DNA from: Malacoraja senta
Lineage: Eukaryota
DNA: 64,000 bases
Assembly (NCBI GenBank): GCA_038087875.1
Contig: JAXLNO010000454.1
Span: forward strand, 1 to 64,000
Direction of reading: 5' to 3'
Positions 36,406 through 49,312 of this stretch are shown here, piece after piece (within the stretch, counting starts at the first letter, position 1; every line of letters starts with the position of its first letter). The position numbers and the translations under genes were made by a program. The notes beneath the pieces are model-generated. The model saw nothing but the letters and a program-made list of their open reading frames with translations. It did no database searches and was not told the DNA's origin.

Positions 36406-38589
36406 CAGAATGGGTTATCCACATTTTAGTTAAAGTCCAGCAATATTGGATGAGAAGCCCATGCTGCAGTCAATGCCCAGAAATCATGTACAAAAAGGCA
36501 CTGTACACAAATGTCATTCCAACAAACTTGGGCAAATACCACAATGCCTGCACACCAGTGCAGCTGATCCAACTTCAGCAGACTCAGACATAGGCTCGAT
36601 CTAGATGTCTGGTGCTGCCAATAGGTTTTCCACATTTGTCCTGAGGCAGCATGGGTTTCCACCCACAACGACATGCGGGTCAGTGGGTTAATTTGCAACT
36701 GTAAATTACCTTTATAGTAGCTAGAGAAACATCAAGGGTGTTAATGGACATGAATGAAAGAACAGATTATACAGAAAATAAGTGGGGAATGGGATTACAT
36801 TTAGACCTGACATACCTTCAGTGGGCAGAATCGTGTCTTTCCATGTTAAAAGAAAATTTGAATATGAAAAACCTATCAAGAAGCAGATTACCAGTTATGC
36901 TAGATGGTGAGCAAGTTCTGTCAGCCTTCATGGAAGAATTTCAGATGTTGGTCCTTCTCTACCCTCTGACTTGCACATTCAGCAAAGAATATTTTTTCTG
37001 CCAGAACAAGTGACAACAGCTATAATATCCATTGGAATTTTCTAAAATTAGTCTATTGGAGCATTTGGTACGCTGCTGTGATGCAATACACCAAAATCTT
37101 GTTCAACTGGTAGGAGCAGAAAAGAAAGAAACCAGACACCAAAACAGTCAATGAGACAAGACAAAGCAAACTTTTAACCATTCAAGTCTTTTGGTTCTGT
37201 CAAATGGGCCTGTTCTGAAAGATACCCAGATTAAGATATTGAGAGTAATTCCCAGAAACTTGTTTTTTGTGGAATGCTTAACTCCCAAAACACCATAACT
37301 GGTAAATCTGCTAATTCCAAAAAATTACAGACATCTCAGATTGTTTAATTTTCAGGCATTTTAAAGGTTTATAACATTGACAAAGTGCAATTCTACAAAG
37401 ATATTGCAGTGGTGATTCATCTAATAACTAAACTATTTTGATTTCAGAATAAGAGATGATGAGGAATTTCTCCCGAGAGACATCAACTTTTTGAATGTTC
37501 GAGAGAACTATGGAAGTGAAATTATTGCATGTATTCAAGGCAAAGACTGACAGATATTTGGATTCCAAGAGAGTCAAGGGATGTGGGGAACAGGGAACAA
37601 AGAGGAGTTGAGGTCAGTACTGGATGCGACTTGGCCTTACTGAACAGTAGTGCACTCTCAAGGTGCCAAGTGATTAACTTAGGCTTTTGTTCCCATTTCT
37701 TATGTTGTGATTTTGAAATACTATTTTTACTCAGGCAACAAGAAGTTACCTCTTACTTCAAGAGGATGCAAGTACAAGAATGCAGATGGTTTACTAAAAT
37801 TATACAGGGCCCTTATGACACGGTACATGGAACAATGCTTGGGTTTGCTCTCCTTCAGCAAGGACAAATGTATTTGCAATGCAGAAAGTTCTACAGGATT
37901 GAATCTTGGAATGGAACAAGGTAGATCCATTAAAGTTGAATAAAGAGACCAGGGTGATATTCTCTAGTGTTTGGATGAGATGCTTTCATTTAACATACAA
38001 AATTCTTACTGGGCTAGATAAGATAAAAACAAATAATATTTAGTATATCACATCTAGTGTCTATGATTTATCGTCCTCTATGTTGTAAGCCCAGGGGTAA
38101 ACGCAGATTTGAAAGCCACTGCAGAACACATCAGTTTAGACGGCAAGGACAATCAAGAGCTTTCAATCATTTTCACATGATCCCTCCCATGCTGACTTCC
38201 ACTTTGCTCCATTGATGCCTAAACAATTTTTGAGGAGCAGCATCTCATCTTCCATGTGTTGCAGACCTCAGGACTTCACACTGAACTTAATTTCCAGTTA
38301 ACACTCTTTTCTCCTCTCCAGAGATCTCTCCAGGGAAGATACCTAAAACGTTAATCTATAAGCAAAGTCCGATGCACAATAAACACGTGTACAATGTCGT
38401 CATATGCAGATTGATAACAGACTTTGAATCTTAGAAATGTCAAGCTCAATTTTTTGGTACGCTGCATGCCAAGTCTAGAGGAAAATTTCATTGATTTCTC
38501 AAAGTCATGCCAGTAATTGAACAACAGAACGAGGAAGGAAAAGGATAGCGAGGAAAAGAAGCCATATCAAAACGATAGAACATTAATTT

Positions 38590-38880
38590 AGACTTTAGAG
38601 ATACAGCGTGGAAACAGAGCCTTCTGCCCACCGAGTCTGCACCGACCAGCAATCACCACTATGCTAACCTACACACACTTGGGACAATTTTACAATTTAC
38701 CAAAGCCAATTAAGCTACAAAGTTGTATCTCTTTGAAATGCCGGAGCACCCTGAGAAATCCCACGTGGTCGTAGGGAGAACATACAAGTCCATACAGACA
38801 GCACCCGTAGTCAGGATCAAACCTGTGTCACTGGCATTGCAAGGCTGCAACTCTACCGCTGTACCACTGTGCCGCCCCCT
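38590..38880 (-). mobile_element. V-SINE (HE1-like)
   Basis: Reverse complement has head ggggcggcacagtggtacagcggtagag, a B-box-like ggtttgatcc, a V-domain and a CR1-like tail. Confidence 0.8.
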
Positions 38881-39350
38881 AATTTAATTAAATGAAGATA
38901 ATGAAAGGCCAAAAAGTGCTCACTCAATGGAAATAAATAATGGACGTAGTACTTATCGTAAGATGGAATAACAATAAAGGAAACTCGCTTCAAAATTATA
39001 GACTATAGATGAGGCTCTCACTGGGGTCTCATAACAGATAAGGCTCTCACTAGGGTCTCCTCGATATCCCGTAGCTCCGCTCTTACTCACCCTCCCCCAT
39101 TCGTAACAAGGACAGAGTCCCCCTTGGCCTCACCTTCCACTCCATCAGCCTTCGTATACAGCATATAATCCTCCAACATTTTCGCCACCTCCCACGGGAT
39201 CCCACTACTGGTCACATCATCCCGTCTCCACCCCTTTCTGCTTTTTGCAGAGACCTTCCCACCCAGACCACCCCTTCCTCAGGTACTTTCCCCTGCAACT
39301 GCAGGTGATGCAACACCTGTCCCTTTCCCTCCCCCCTTGACTCCATCGAA

Positions 39351-39970
39351 GGCATGTTGGCCTTCATAACAAGAGTTGAGTATAGGAGCAAAGAGGTCCT
39401 TCTACAGTTGTACCTAGTGAGGTCACACCTCGAGTATTATGTGCAGTTTTGGTCTCCAAATTTGAAGAAGGACATTCTTGCTATTGGGGGAGTGCAGCGT
39501 AGGTTCACGAGGTTAATTCCTGGGATGGCAGGACTATCATATGTTGAAAGAATGGAGCGACGCGGCTTGTATACACTGGAATTTAGGAGAGGGGATCTTA
39601 TTGAAACATATAAGATTATTAAGGGATTGGACACGCTGGAGGCAGCAATCATGTTCCAGATGTTGGGGGAGTCCAGAACCAGGGGGCAGTTTAAGAATAA
39701 GGGGTAGGCCATTTAGAACGGAGATGAGGAAAAACCTTTTCACCCAGAGAGTTGTGAAGCTGTGTAATTCCCTGCCTCAGAAGGCAGCGGAGGCCAATTC
39801 TCTGGATGCCTTCAAGAGAGAGCAAGATAGAGCTCTTAATGATTGTGGAGTCAAGGGATATGGGGAGAAGGCAGGAACGGGGTCCTAATTGCGGATCAGC
39901 CATGATCACAGTGAATGGCGGTGCTGGCTCGAAGGGCTGAATGGCCTACTCCTGCACCTATTGTCTATTG
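39351..39970 (+). mobile_element. CR1 subfamily B 3' fragment nested in the Penelope element
   Basis: ORF 39354-39707 is CR1 RT C-terminus; ctattgtctattg tail. Confidence 0.92.
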
Positions 39971-40415
39971 ACCTAAACAGTCTTTCTAGGCGAGGCAGAG
40001 GTTCACTTGCACCTCCTCCAACCTCATCTACTGTATTCGCTGTTCCAGATGTCAATTTCTCTACATCGGTGAGACCAAGCGCTGGCTTGCCGATCGTTTC
40101 GCTTAACACCTCCGCTCAGGCCGTCTTAACCTATCTGATCTCCCGGTGGCCCAGCACTTCAACTCCCCTTCCCATTCCCATTCTGACCTTTCTGTCCTGG
40201 GCATCCTCCATTGTCAGAGTGAGGCCCAGCGCAAGTTGGAGGAACAGCACCTCATATTTCGCTTGGGTAGTTTACACCCCAGCAGTATGAACATTGACTT
40301 CTCCAACTTCAGATAGCCATTGCTTTCTCTCTCCTTCCCCGTCGCAGTTCTCCCACCAGTCTTACTGTCTCCACCTACATTCCAACTTCGTCCCTTCCCC
40401 TCCCCTGACATCAGA

Positions 40416-40443
40416 CTGAAGAAGGGTCTCGACCCGAAACGTC
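40416..40443 (+). ncRNA. minimal hammerhead ribozyme core in Penelope pLTR
   Basis: CTGAAGA-A-GGGTC-TC-GACCC-GAAAC-GTC: CUGANGA and GAAA boxes, stem II, palindromic ACGT minimal stem III, and GUC cleavage triplet. Stem I is weak in this copy. Confidence 0.7.
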
Positions 40444-41199
40444 GGCCATTCCTTCTCTCTATAGATGCTGACTCACCCGCTGAGTTACTCCAGCAGTTTC
40501 TGTCTACCTTCAAAATTATATACACTGGACTGAAGCTGGGAACAGGCGATAGAATGGAAATTACAAATCTTTCTACCAAACTTCCTATAACCCAAACAAC
40601 AATTTCTAATAAACAAATAAGAACCATGTTCAAACAAAGGCAAAGAATTGAAGTGGTTTGGGAGGAGTTCATACTATCATATCGTTAAAGTCAATTTATA
40701 CTGTCTTGAAAGCTAATTATTGAGAAAGAAGTATTTGAATCTTTGTCACAGAAAATTCTTACACTATCAGTGAAAGAAACAACCAATGAGAGAAAAACTA
40801 CAAAAATTCCTGCTGTCGTTTTTAGATACCCTGATATAGCATTGTTTGGTGCACAAATACTACTTTCAAAAGTCATCTTAGAATCTTGATCTTCCAATGC
40901 AATCATTATTAATTCAAAATAGAAAACTGCAGGCAGTGGGAATCTTAAAAAAAAAAAGAAAATACTGGGGGGGAAAAATCAGCAAATCAGGATACATTGC
41001 AACATACTAAACAATATTAAATTCCCCATCTTGGGATCATATAGAACTAGTGTGACCAGGTGATCAATGGTGGGCATGGGCTTGGCGACCCAAGCGACTT
41101 GTTTCAATGCTGCATCTCTAAACAAAACTTAAGGTAAATGTGTCTTTTTCTTTCTTTCTATATCAGAACTGGTCATTTCTGTCTGTAATCAATTTGGTT

Positions 41200-42470
41200 G
41201 TTTCTTTTAATTCTATTTGTATAATGGTGTCAGTTGATGAGGCCAAAGCCATAACAAATTGCCTGTATTGACATCAGCAAGGTGTTTGAAAAGGTTTTGC
41301 ATGGTAGGCTGCTCTGGAACATTCAATCCAATGGGATCGAAGGAGAGCTAGTTGACAGGCTAAAGAATTTGGCTTTGTGGAAGGATCCAGAGGTTGATGG
41401 AGGAAGGTTGCTTTTTGGATTGGAGGCCTGTGACTGGTAGTGCGTCTCAGGGATCGGTGCTGAGACCCATTGCTGTTTGTGGATAATGTCAACAATTTGT
41501 ACAAGAATGTAGAAAGCGTGACTAATGAATTTGTAGATGACACTAAAGTGAGCAGTATCATAGAATGCGAAGATGGTTACAGTAGGATCTTGAATAGCTG
41601 GGCAAACGGGCTGAGGAATGTTTAGTGGAGTTTCATGCAGATAAGTGCAAGGCGTTACATTTTGTTGCACTAAGGCAGGACTTTCACTGTGAATGGCAGG
41701 GCACCAAGGATTGTGGTAGAGCAATGGGATCTGGGAGTGCAGGTACATAGTTCTTTGAAAGTGACATCTTGGGTAGATAGAGTGGTCAAGGTGACTTTCA
41801 TCAGTCTTCAGGTGGCCTTCATCAGTCAGGGAATTGAATATAGAAGTTGTGATGTTGTATTACAGTTGTACAAGATATTGGTGAGGTTGCATTTGGAGTA
41901 TTGTGTTCAGTTTTGGTCAACGTGCCAAAGTGAGCATGTTGGTAGGCTGGAAAGAGAGCAGAAAAGATGTATGACAAAGTGGCCAGGACTTGAAGGCCTG
42001 AACTATGGGGAGATGTTGGGCAGGCTTTATTCTATGGAGCACAGGATGATGACAGGTTTAGTTTAGTTTAGTTTATTATTATTATTATTATTATTATATA
42101 AAGGCAATGTGAAAACCTTCAGACAAAGAAAAGGCTATACATGAATACAATCAAGTGGCCCACAGTACACAGGTAAAGGAAAAAAGGTTACAACATTTAG
42201 TGCACAGGTATGACATTACAGATGTGTATAAGATCATAAGACAGATATTGTACATGCACAGTCTTGGGTTTAAGGTGAGAGGAGAAAGATTTAATAGGAA
42301 CCTGAGGGGCAACTTTTTCCACACAGAGGGTATATGGAATGAGCTGCCAGAGGAGGTAGTTGAAACGGGTACTATAACAACATTTAAAATAAATTTGGAC
42401 AGATAGGAAAGGTTTAGAGGGATATGGGCCAAATGCAGGCAGGTGGGTAGCATAGATGGGGCATTGTGGT
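41200..42470 (+). mobile_element. old decayed CR1 RT/3' fragments
   Basis: ORF 41689-42066 (DLGVQVHSSLKV, HLEYCVQFWS) and the 42250-42470 3' end. Confidence 0.8.
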
Positions 42471-42875
42471 CTTGGTCACACAACCTCATTATTAACGTCA
42501 TATTACACAGATGAATCAGCAGCGTACACTTATAACTATCTCAGACTCACCCTATCAGAAATATTCCCTTAGTTCCACCAATTCCTCCCCTACCTACTCT
42601 CTGAATGAAAAACACCATTTTCAACCATTCCCAAATCTGAATTGACCTGGACCCGAAATATTAACCATTTCTATTTCCACAGACACTACCTTTGAAGCTT
42701 TTCCAATATTTTGTTTTTACTTTCAACATGCAGGACATGTAAAACCTGTGAAACGTAGACCAATGCTCTTGCCGAGACCTGAAACCAAAACAAGAAAGCT
42801 GAAAATGCCTAATAAATCAGGCAGTGTTTGTGCAAAGGGAAAACGTGAGACAATATTACAAACAGATATGCTTAC

Positions 42876-43020
42876 CTGCTAACGGGCACAGAGACCTTCT
42901 CGGTCTACATCCAGGTACCCCTGGCAGGAAGTTGCCTGCCAGGGAGACAAATGCTGGGTGCAATTTCTCAGAATGCCAATCAGTACCAAAATAAATGTGT
43001 AGAATTGATTTTGAATGCAT
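42876..43020 (-). CDS. candidate alternative first coding exon of CD2AP
   Basis: ATG at 43020 with in-frame stops upstream. 48 open codons (MHSKSILHIYFGTDWHSEKLHPAFVSLAGNFLPGVPGCRPRRSLCPLA) end at a near-consensus donor CAG|GTAAGC in phase 1. Unique non-repeat sequence, same strand as the CD2AP exons. Confidence 0.5.
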
Positions 43021-43329
43021 TTCTCACTGTAAATAGCAGAAGGCCTTGTCAAGTCATTATTTTCAATAGGCAACGACTCCCATTTTTCTGAACAGAGGGA
43101 TTAAAGATCGTGATTAAAAACATGCACTGCATTGCTGCTGACATCAATGGAGGTGGGTTTCAATTTGGAACATTGTTTCCAGAGATACAAAAATCCTGAA
43201 GGCAAGTCAGGGATCACATTTCTCATTTGGAACAATGTAGCCAAAAACAGTGATTGTAAAGTTTCCTCTTTCAGAGTTATTTTCAACTAAGCGGCAAACT
43301 TCTTTAGCGCTATGTTAATCTAACTTCTA

Positions 43330-45728
43330 CAGTGCCCTCCATAATGTTTGGGACAAAGACCCGTCATTTATTTATTTGCCTCTGCACTCCACAATTTGAG
43401 ATTTGTAATAGAAAAAAATCACATGTGGTTAAAGTGCACATTGTCAGATTTCAATAAAGGCCATTTTTATACATTTTGGTTTCACCATGTAGAAATTATA
43501 GCAGTGTTTATACATAGTCTCCCCATTTCAGGGCACCATAATGTTTGTGACACAACAATGTCATGTAAATGAAAGTAGTCATGTTTAATATTTTGTTGCA
43601 GATCCTTTGCATGTAATGACTGCTTTTAGTCTGTGATTCATGGACATCACCAGTTGCTGCGTTTCTTCTCTGGTGATGCTCTGCCAGGCCTGTATTGCAG
43701 CCATCTTTAGCTTCTACTTGTTTTGGGGCTAGTCCCCTTCGGTTTTCTCTTCAGCATATACAAGGCATGCTCAATTGGGTTCAGATCGGGTGATTGACTT
43801 GGCCACTCAAGAATTGGCCATTTTTTAAAACTTTGAAAAACTCCTTTGTTGCTTTAGCAGTATGTTTGGGATCATTATCTTGCTGTAGAATGAACCGCCG
43901 GCCAATGAGTTTTGAGGTATTTGTTTGAACTTGAGCAGATTAGGAGGTGTCTTTCCACTTCAAAATTCATTATGCTACTACCATCAGCAGTTGTGTCATC
44001 AATGAAGATAAGTGAGCCAGTACCTTCAAGCCATAAATGTCCAGGCCATAACACCCCCACCACCAAGTTTCACAGATGAGGTGGTATGCTTTGGATCTTG
44101 GGCAGTTCCTTCTCTCCTCCATACTTTGCTCTTGCCATCACTCTGATATAAGTTAATCTTTGTCTCATCTGTCCACAATACCTTTTTCCAGAACTGTGGG
44201 TGCTCTTTTAAACACTTCTTGGCAAACTGTAACCCGGCCATTCTATTTTTGCGGCTAACCAGTGGTTTGCATCTTGCAGTGTAACCTCTGTATTTCTGTT
44301 CATGAAGTCTTCTGCAGACAGTGGTCATTGACAAATCTACACCTGACTCCTGAAGAGTGTTTCTGATCTGTCAGACAGGTGTTTGTGTTTTTTCTTTATT
44401 ATAGACAGAATTCTTCTGTCTTCAGCTGTGGAGGTCTTCCTTGGCCCGTCAGTCCCTTTGCGATTAGTAAGCTCACCAATGCTCTCTTTCTTCTTAATGA
44501 TGTTCTAAACAGTTGATCTTGGTAACCCTAAGGTTTGGCTGATGTCTCTAACAGTTTTATTCTTGTTTCTCAGTCTCATAATGGCTTCTTTGACTTTCAT
44601 TGGCACAACTTTGGTCCTCATGTTGATAAACAGCAATAAAAGTTTCCAAAGGTCAAGAGTCAAGAGTCAAGAGTGCGTTATTGTCATATGTCCCAGACAG
44701 AACAATGAAATTCTTACTTGCTGCAGCACAACAGAATATGTAATCATAATAAATAATATAACAAAAACTCAGAAAGAAAACAAAACAAACAGTAACAGTG
44801 CAATAATAACAATAATAATAGTCTATTGTAGTTCAGAGCTTACGAGGTTGTAGTTAGTGTTTAATAGCCTGATGGCTGCAGGGAAGAAGCTGTTCCTGAA
44901 CCTGGATGTTACAGTTTTCAGGCTCCTGTACCTTCTTCCCGATGGCAGTGGTGAGATGAATGTATGGCCAGGATGGTGTGGGTCTTTGATGATGTTGGTT
45001 GCCCTTTTAAGGCAGAGACTACGATAAATCCCTTCGATGGTGGGGAGGTCAGAGCCGGTGATGGCCTGGGAAGTGTTTACAACTTTTTGCAATCTTTTCC
45101 GCTCCTGGACGTTCAAGTTGCCGAACCAGGCCACGATGCAACCAGTCAGTATGCTCTCTACTGTGTACCTGTAGAAGATCAAGAGAATCCTCTTTGACAT
45201 ACCGAATCTCCGTAATTGTCTCTGGAAGTAGAGGTGCTGATGTACTCTCTTTATGATTGCATCAGTGTGCTGGGTCCAGGAAAGATTGTCAGAAATATGC
45301 ACGCCCAGGAATTTGAAGTTTTTGGCTCTCTCCACCATCGTCCCATTGATGTAAACAGGATTTGTCGGTCGATCTCACTTCTATACTCTGACTCAAAGAC
45401 TGGAGGAAAGACTGGGTGATGAGCGCTCCCTTATATTTGCATTAAGGGTGCAATTAAAGACACCTGAGCAATTACAAATGCCTGCAAAGCCATGTGCCCC
45501 AAACATCATGGTGTCCTGAAATTGTTGGGGGGGGGGGGGGAACTATGTATAAACACTGCTTTAATTTCTACATGGTGAAACCAAATGGATAAAAATACCC
45601 TTTAATAAAATCTGACATTGTGCACCTTAACCACATGTGATTTTTTATATTACAAATCTCAAATTGTGGAGTACAGAGGCAAATAAATAAATGATGGGTC
45701 TTTGTCCCAAACATTATGGAGAGCACTG
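43330..45728 (-). mobile_element. Tc1/mariner (Tc1-type) transposon, degenerate, with nested LINE
   Basis: TA TSD on both sides and long TIRs (cagtgccctccataatgtttgggacaaagacc / ggtctttgtcccaaacattatggagagcactg). Minus-strand transposase remnant ARCKPLVSRKNR...WKKVLWTDETKINL...VKLGGGGVMAW. Confidence 0.95.
44652..45365 (-). mobile_element. Rex1/Babar-type LINE 3' fragment inside Tc1
   Basis: ORF 44823-45338 (FKFLGVHISDNLSW, FYRYTVESILTGCI, DPHHPGH, LPSGRRYRS, NSFFPAAIRLLN); (gtcaaga)n tail at 44652-44672. Confidence 0.85.
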
Positions 45729-47107
45729 TAGCTCACCATCTACAAAGAAAATATTGCCTGGCTAAAATTAAGTGCATTCCTAGCAGGTTATATTTGTGAC
45801 ACAGAAATTTATTTTTCTTCAAATATCTTTAGTATCAATAAAATTCAAAATAACAATTAGCGGACAACTGGACGAATTACATTTTTAACTCTGAAATTTA
45901 CAGTGAATTATTTTACAACGGAGGTGAACTAAGGAAACGATCAGAACCATTAATATTCAATAAGCGCAAGCCTCAATATATTTCCAGAGTTTGTTGAATA
46001 AATAAGAAACCTTAAAAATTAAGAATGTTTAATATTAAAATTAAGTTTGCTGGCATTGCTCGTCGCACACGGTACAATACTGATCTGTAAATGATCAACA
46101 AACATGGAGGAGAAAACACCTTACATGAAACACAACACACACCCAGTACAGTAACATGTTATTGTGCACCGTGTTTCACCTTATTGTCACTAAAAAATCA
46201 GTACTTTGCTGCATTGACTTATGATTCAAGTGTATAAATGCACGCTAATTTACAAATTGTCGGAAAGCTGCTTAAACTTACCAACAGTGAAGACATTTGT
46301 CACGAGCACAACCTGGCAATTATCAGAATAAAACACCATTACAGAACAAAGTTCAATAGCCAGCTTTGAAACAAACCCTCTGGCTTTTTGCAGCACCAGC
46401 AAGCAGCTGCGCAATTACATTCTTGTACATGCCGAGGCAATGCAGACTTCATTCTTTGCGAGTCTCAGCAACTCACCTGTGGCACCTCCAACAAGCCACA
46501 CAGAAATCAATCTTACATTACTCATCAAACAAACGTGCACTTTGCACATCTCTCCACTTCACTAGCATTCACAGATGTACGTACGTACAATTGAACCAAA
46601 TTATTATTTGTATTCTCCATTTAGTATTCTGATAACATACAGTAAATCAACCAACCCAATTCCAAGCCCAAAATTTAACAGTCAATACCAAAAACCTTAG
46701 ATGACATCAAGCTCATTTATTTTCTACACAAGTGTCAACAAATATTCTTAAATCTTTATTTTAACGTACTTCAAACATCCTTTGAAGAAATAAACAACAT
46801 AAACTATAATAACAAAGGCACCATGAAGATCAGAACTCGGATATAAATTCCCAGACAAGCAATCAGTTTGAAAGTACCCCAGAGAACATTGGAGTTAGCA
46901 TCAAACACTGGCCACAATTCTCAAGGTGTAGACACAAGAACTGCAGATGCTGGAATCCCAAATAAAAACAAAGTGCGGAGTAACTCAGGGGGTCAGTCAG
47001 CGTCTCTATGGGATATGGATTGACAACATTTCGAAACAGGACATCGAGTCTGAAGAAGACTCCCAATTCGAAATATCACTTACTCCAGCACTTTGTGTTT
47101 TATTCTC

Positions 47108-47630
47108 AAAGTGACATTGGATTTGGGGTATTCGGAGCGGGGAGAGCTGTGGTGGCGCGCAGCTGCAACCCGATTTCGGAGGCTCCGGCTGCAGGCCCGG
47201 TGGACAGGAACATTGGGAGCTCGCAGGTCCCTGGTGGGAGACCGCTTTTCGGAGCTCCCGCAACGGCAACTTCTCCCGCCGGAATCGCGGGGTTTAAATG
47301 ACTCAGAGCAGGGCCTAACATCGCCCGGCGCGGCTTAAATGGCCGCGGGACTTGCCATCGCCCGCCGAGGGCTTTAACATCGTGAGCCCCAGTCGCCTCG
47401 ACGCTGCAGTTGGACTGCTGGACCGCGGGAGAAGAACAAAGGGAAGAGATAAGACTTTTGCCTTCCATCACAGTGAGGAGGTGTTGGAGATTCACTGTGA
47501 TGGATGTTTGTATAAATTGTGTTAAGTGTGTGTCTTGTTTTTTTTTGTAATGTCATGACTGTAGGAATGAAATTTCGTTCAAGCCTTGTCTGTTAGAATG
47601 ACAGTAAAAGGCATTCTATTCTATTCTATT
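47108..47630 (+). mobile_element. GC-rich non-autonomous retroelement with (ctatt)n tail
   Basis: Shares ggacttgccatcgccc and ttgccttccatcacagtga...ggatgtttg modules with 5432-6127. Lies immediately after a Penelope hairpin (46925-47105). Confidence 0.7.
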
Positions 47631-48569
47631 TTATTAAATTGTTTTCATACTACTGTTAATGCAGAGCCTGCAATTCATGACATGATACAACATGGTCACA
47701 GACATGACAGGACCATTTGTTGTTGCACTTCCATTTCCTTTAGATAATTATTTATCCAAAGCAAAATTGAACAATCTAACTGAAAGATATCTTGCACAAT
47801 TTGCAGAGATGGAAGATGCTGCCCTATTTCTCACTTTGAAGAACAGTTCAGATGAACTGTGAAAAATCATGCTGCACAGTTTGTCATTTTTATCTCTCAT
47901 CTGCCCTGACATTCCCTGACCCCAAAAGCAAATCAATTTCAAAAGCAAAGTGACACGTGAAAGTCTTGGTTAACTTCACAACAGTGGTGTAGTTCTTGCA
48001 CATGAAATATCAAATGTGAGACTTGAACATGCTATGGTCAAGTGTGGCAATCACTGTAGGTTTCAAATTATATAAACAATTTTCATTCAGAAAGTGAACA
48101 CAAGTTGAAAGATTGACATAGAATGAGGATTCTTGTGTTTAAGAATTTGCTTTAATCCTCCAATCGATAGTTTATACAGTTGTCACTTTTAGAAGTTCCA
48201 CAAGTCTGGACAGTGTCCATTTTGGTCATTGGTAGTGGATATAAATAACTTCATCTTATGATAGTTTTCTGGATTGTAGCATTGGACATTTGAAAACATT
48301 AGTCCAACCCATGTCATAATTTGCCCAAAGTCATGTTCATATATCAGCGATATAAATTAGCTCAGTCATCCTACCTACTATTCAGTATCCATTGAAGGTT
48401 TTGACATGGGTTTCCAACTTATTCCTGTAGTAACTTCTTCTATCTCTGTACTAGTATAATTAATTCAATATTAAATTTAAGGATACTAAGTAACAATTCA
48501 TTTATTTTATAAATTCATCCGAAAACTGCTCACGTCATTAACTCAGCCTATTACCAATTTGTAAATAAC

Positions 48570-48985
48570 ATGAGCAAAAACTAACTCAGTGGGTCAGGCA
48601 ATATCCCCAAAAGGAAATGGATACAGGACATTTCAGGAAGGAACCTTTCATCAGTCTGAAGAAAGGCGCCAACCTGAAACATTTTCTGTCTATTTTACTG
48701 CATGGATGCCCTCTGGCCCACTGAGTTCCTCCACCACTTTATTTTGTTGCCCAAGATTCCAAATCCGTGGTCTCTTGTGATAGACACAAAAAGCTGGAGT
48801 AACTCAGTGGGACAGGCAGCATCTCTGGAGAGCAGGAATGGGTGACGTTTCGGGTCGAGAAGGGTCTCAACCCAAAAGGTCACCCATTCCTTCTCTCCAG
48901 AGATGCTTCCTGTCTCGCTGAGTTACTCCAGCTTTTTGTGTCTATCTTTGGTTTAAACCAGCATCTGCAGTTCCTTCCTACACAC
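48570..48985. mobile_element. two adjacent Penelope pLTR fold-back elements
   Basis: 48778-48945 has near-perfect inverted arms (gatagacacaaaaagctggagtaactcag / ctgagttactccagctttttgtgtctatc). An older copy lies at 48570-48775. Confidence 0.8.
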
Positions 48986-49164
48986 GAGGTCTCTTCTGTC
49001 TCCATTTTAAATATCATGTTAAACAAGAGTAATTTAAGGTTAAACAAGAGTAATCTCCAGAATAATATCAATTTGGGATATTTTCAATTAAAGGGAAGCT
49101 GATAACTAACCAGACAAAGTAACAAATCAAATATAGACTTGCATAACCAAAATATTTCTGTAGA

Positions 49165-49312
49165 TGTGTACGTGTGTGCATGCGGGTGCACCTGTGCGTG
49201 TGTGCGGATAAGTGTGCGTGTACATAAGTGTGTGCATGTGCGTACGTTTACGTGTGTGAGTATGAGTGTGAGTGTGGGTGTGGGTGTGAGCGCGCATGTA
49301 CATGTATGCACG
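49165..49312. repeat. degenerate (TG)n / purine-pyrimidine microsatellite
   Basis: Mostly alternating gtgtgcatgcgtgt-type run. Confidence 0.85.

Larger units (their letters stand above)
39040..40510 (+). mobile_element. Penelope-like element 3' part (GIY-YIG endonuclease + pLTR), interrupted by CR1
   Basis: About 40000-40317 translates FTCTSSNLIYCIRCSRCQFLYIGETKR...VAQHFNSPSHS...EEQHLIFRLGSLHPSSMNIDFSNFR*, followed by a pLTR. Confidence 0.88.
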
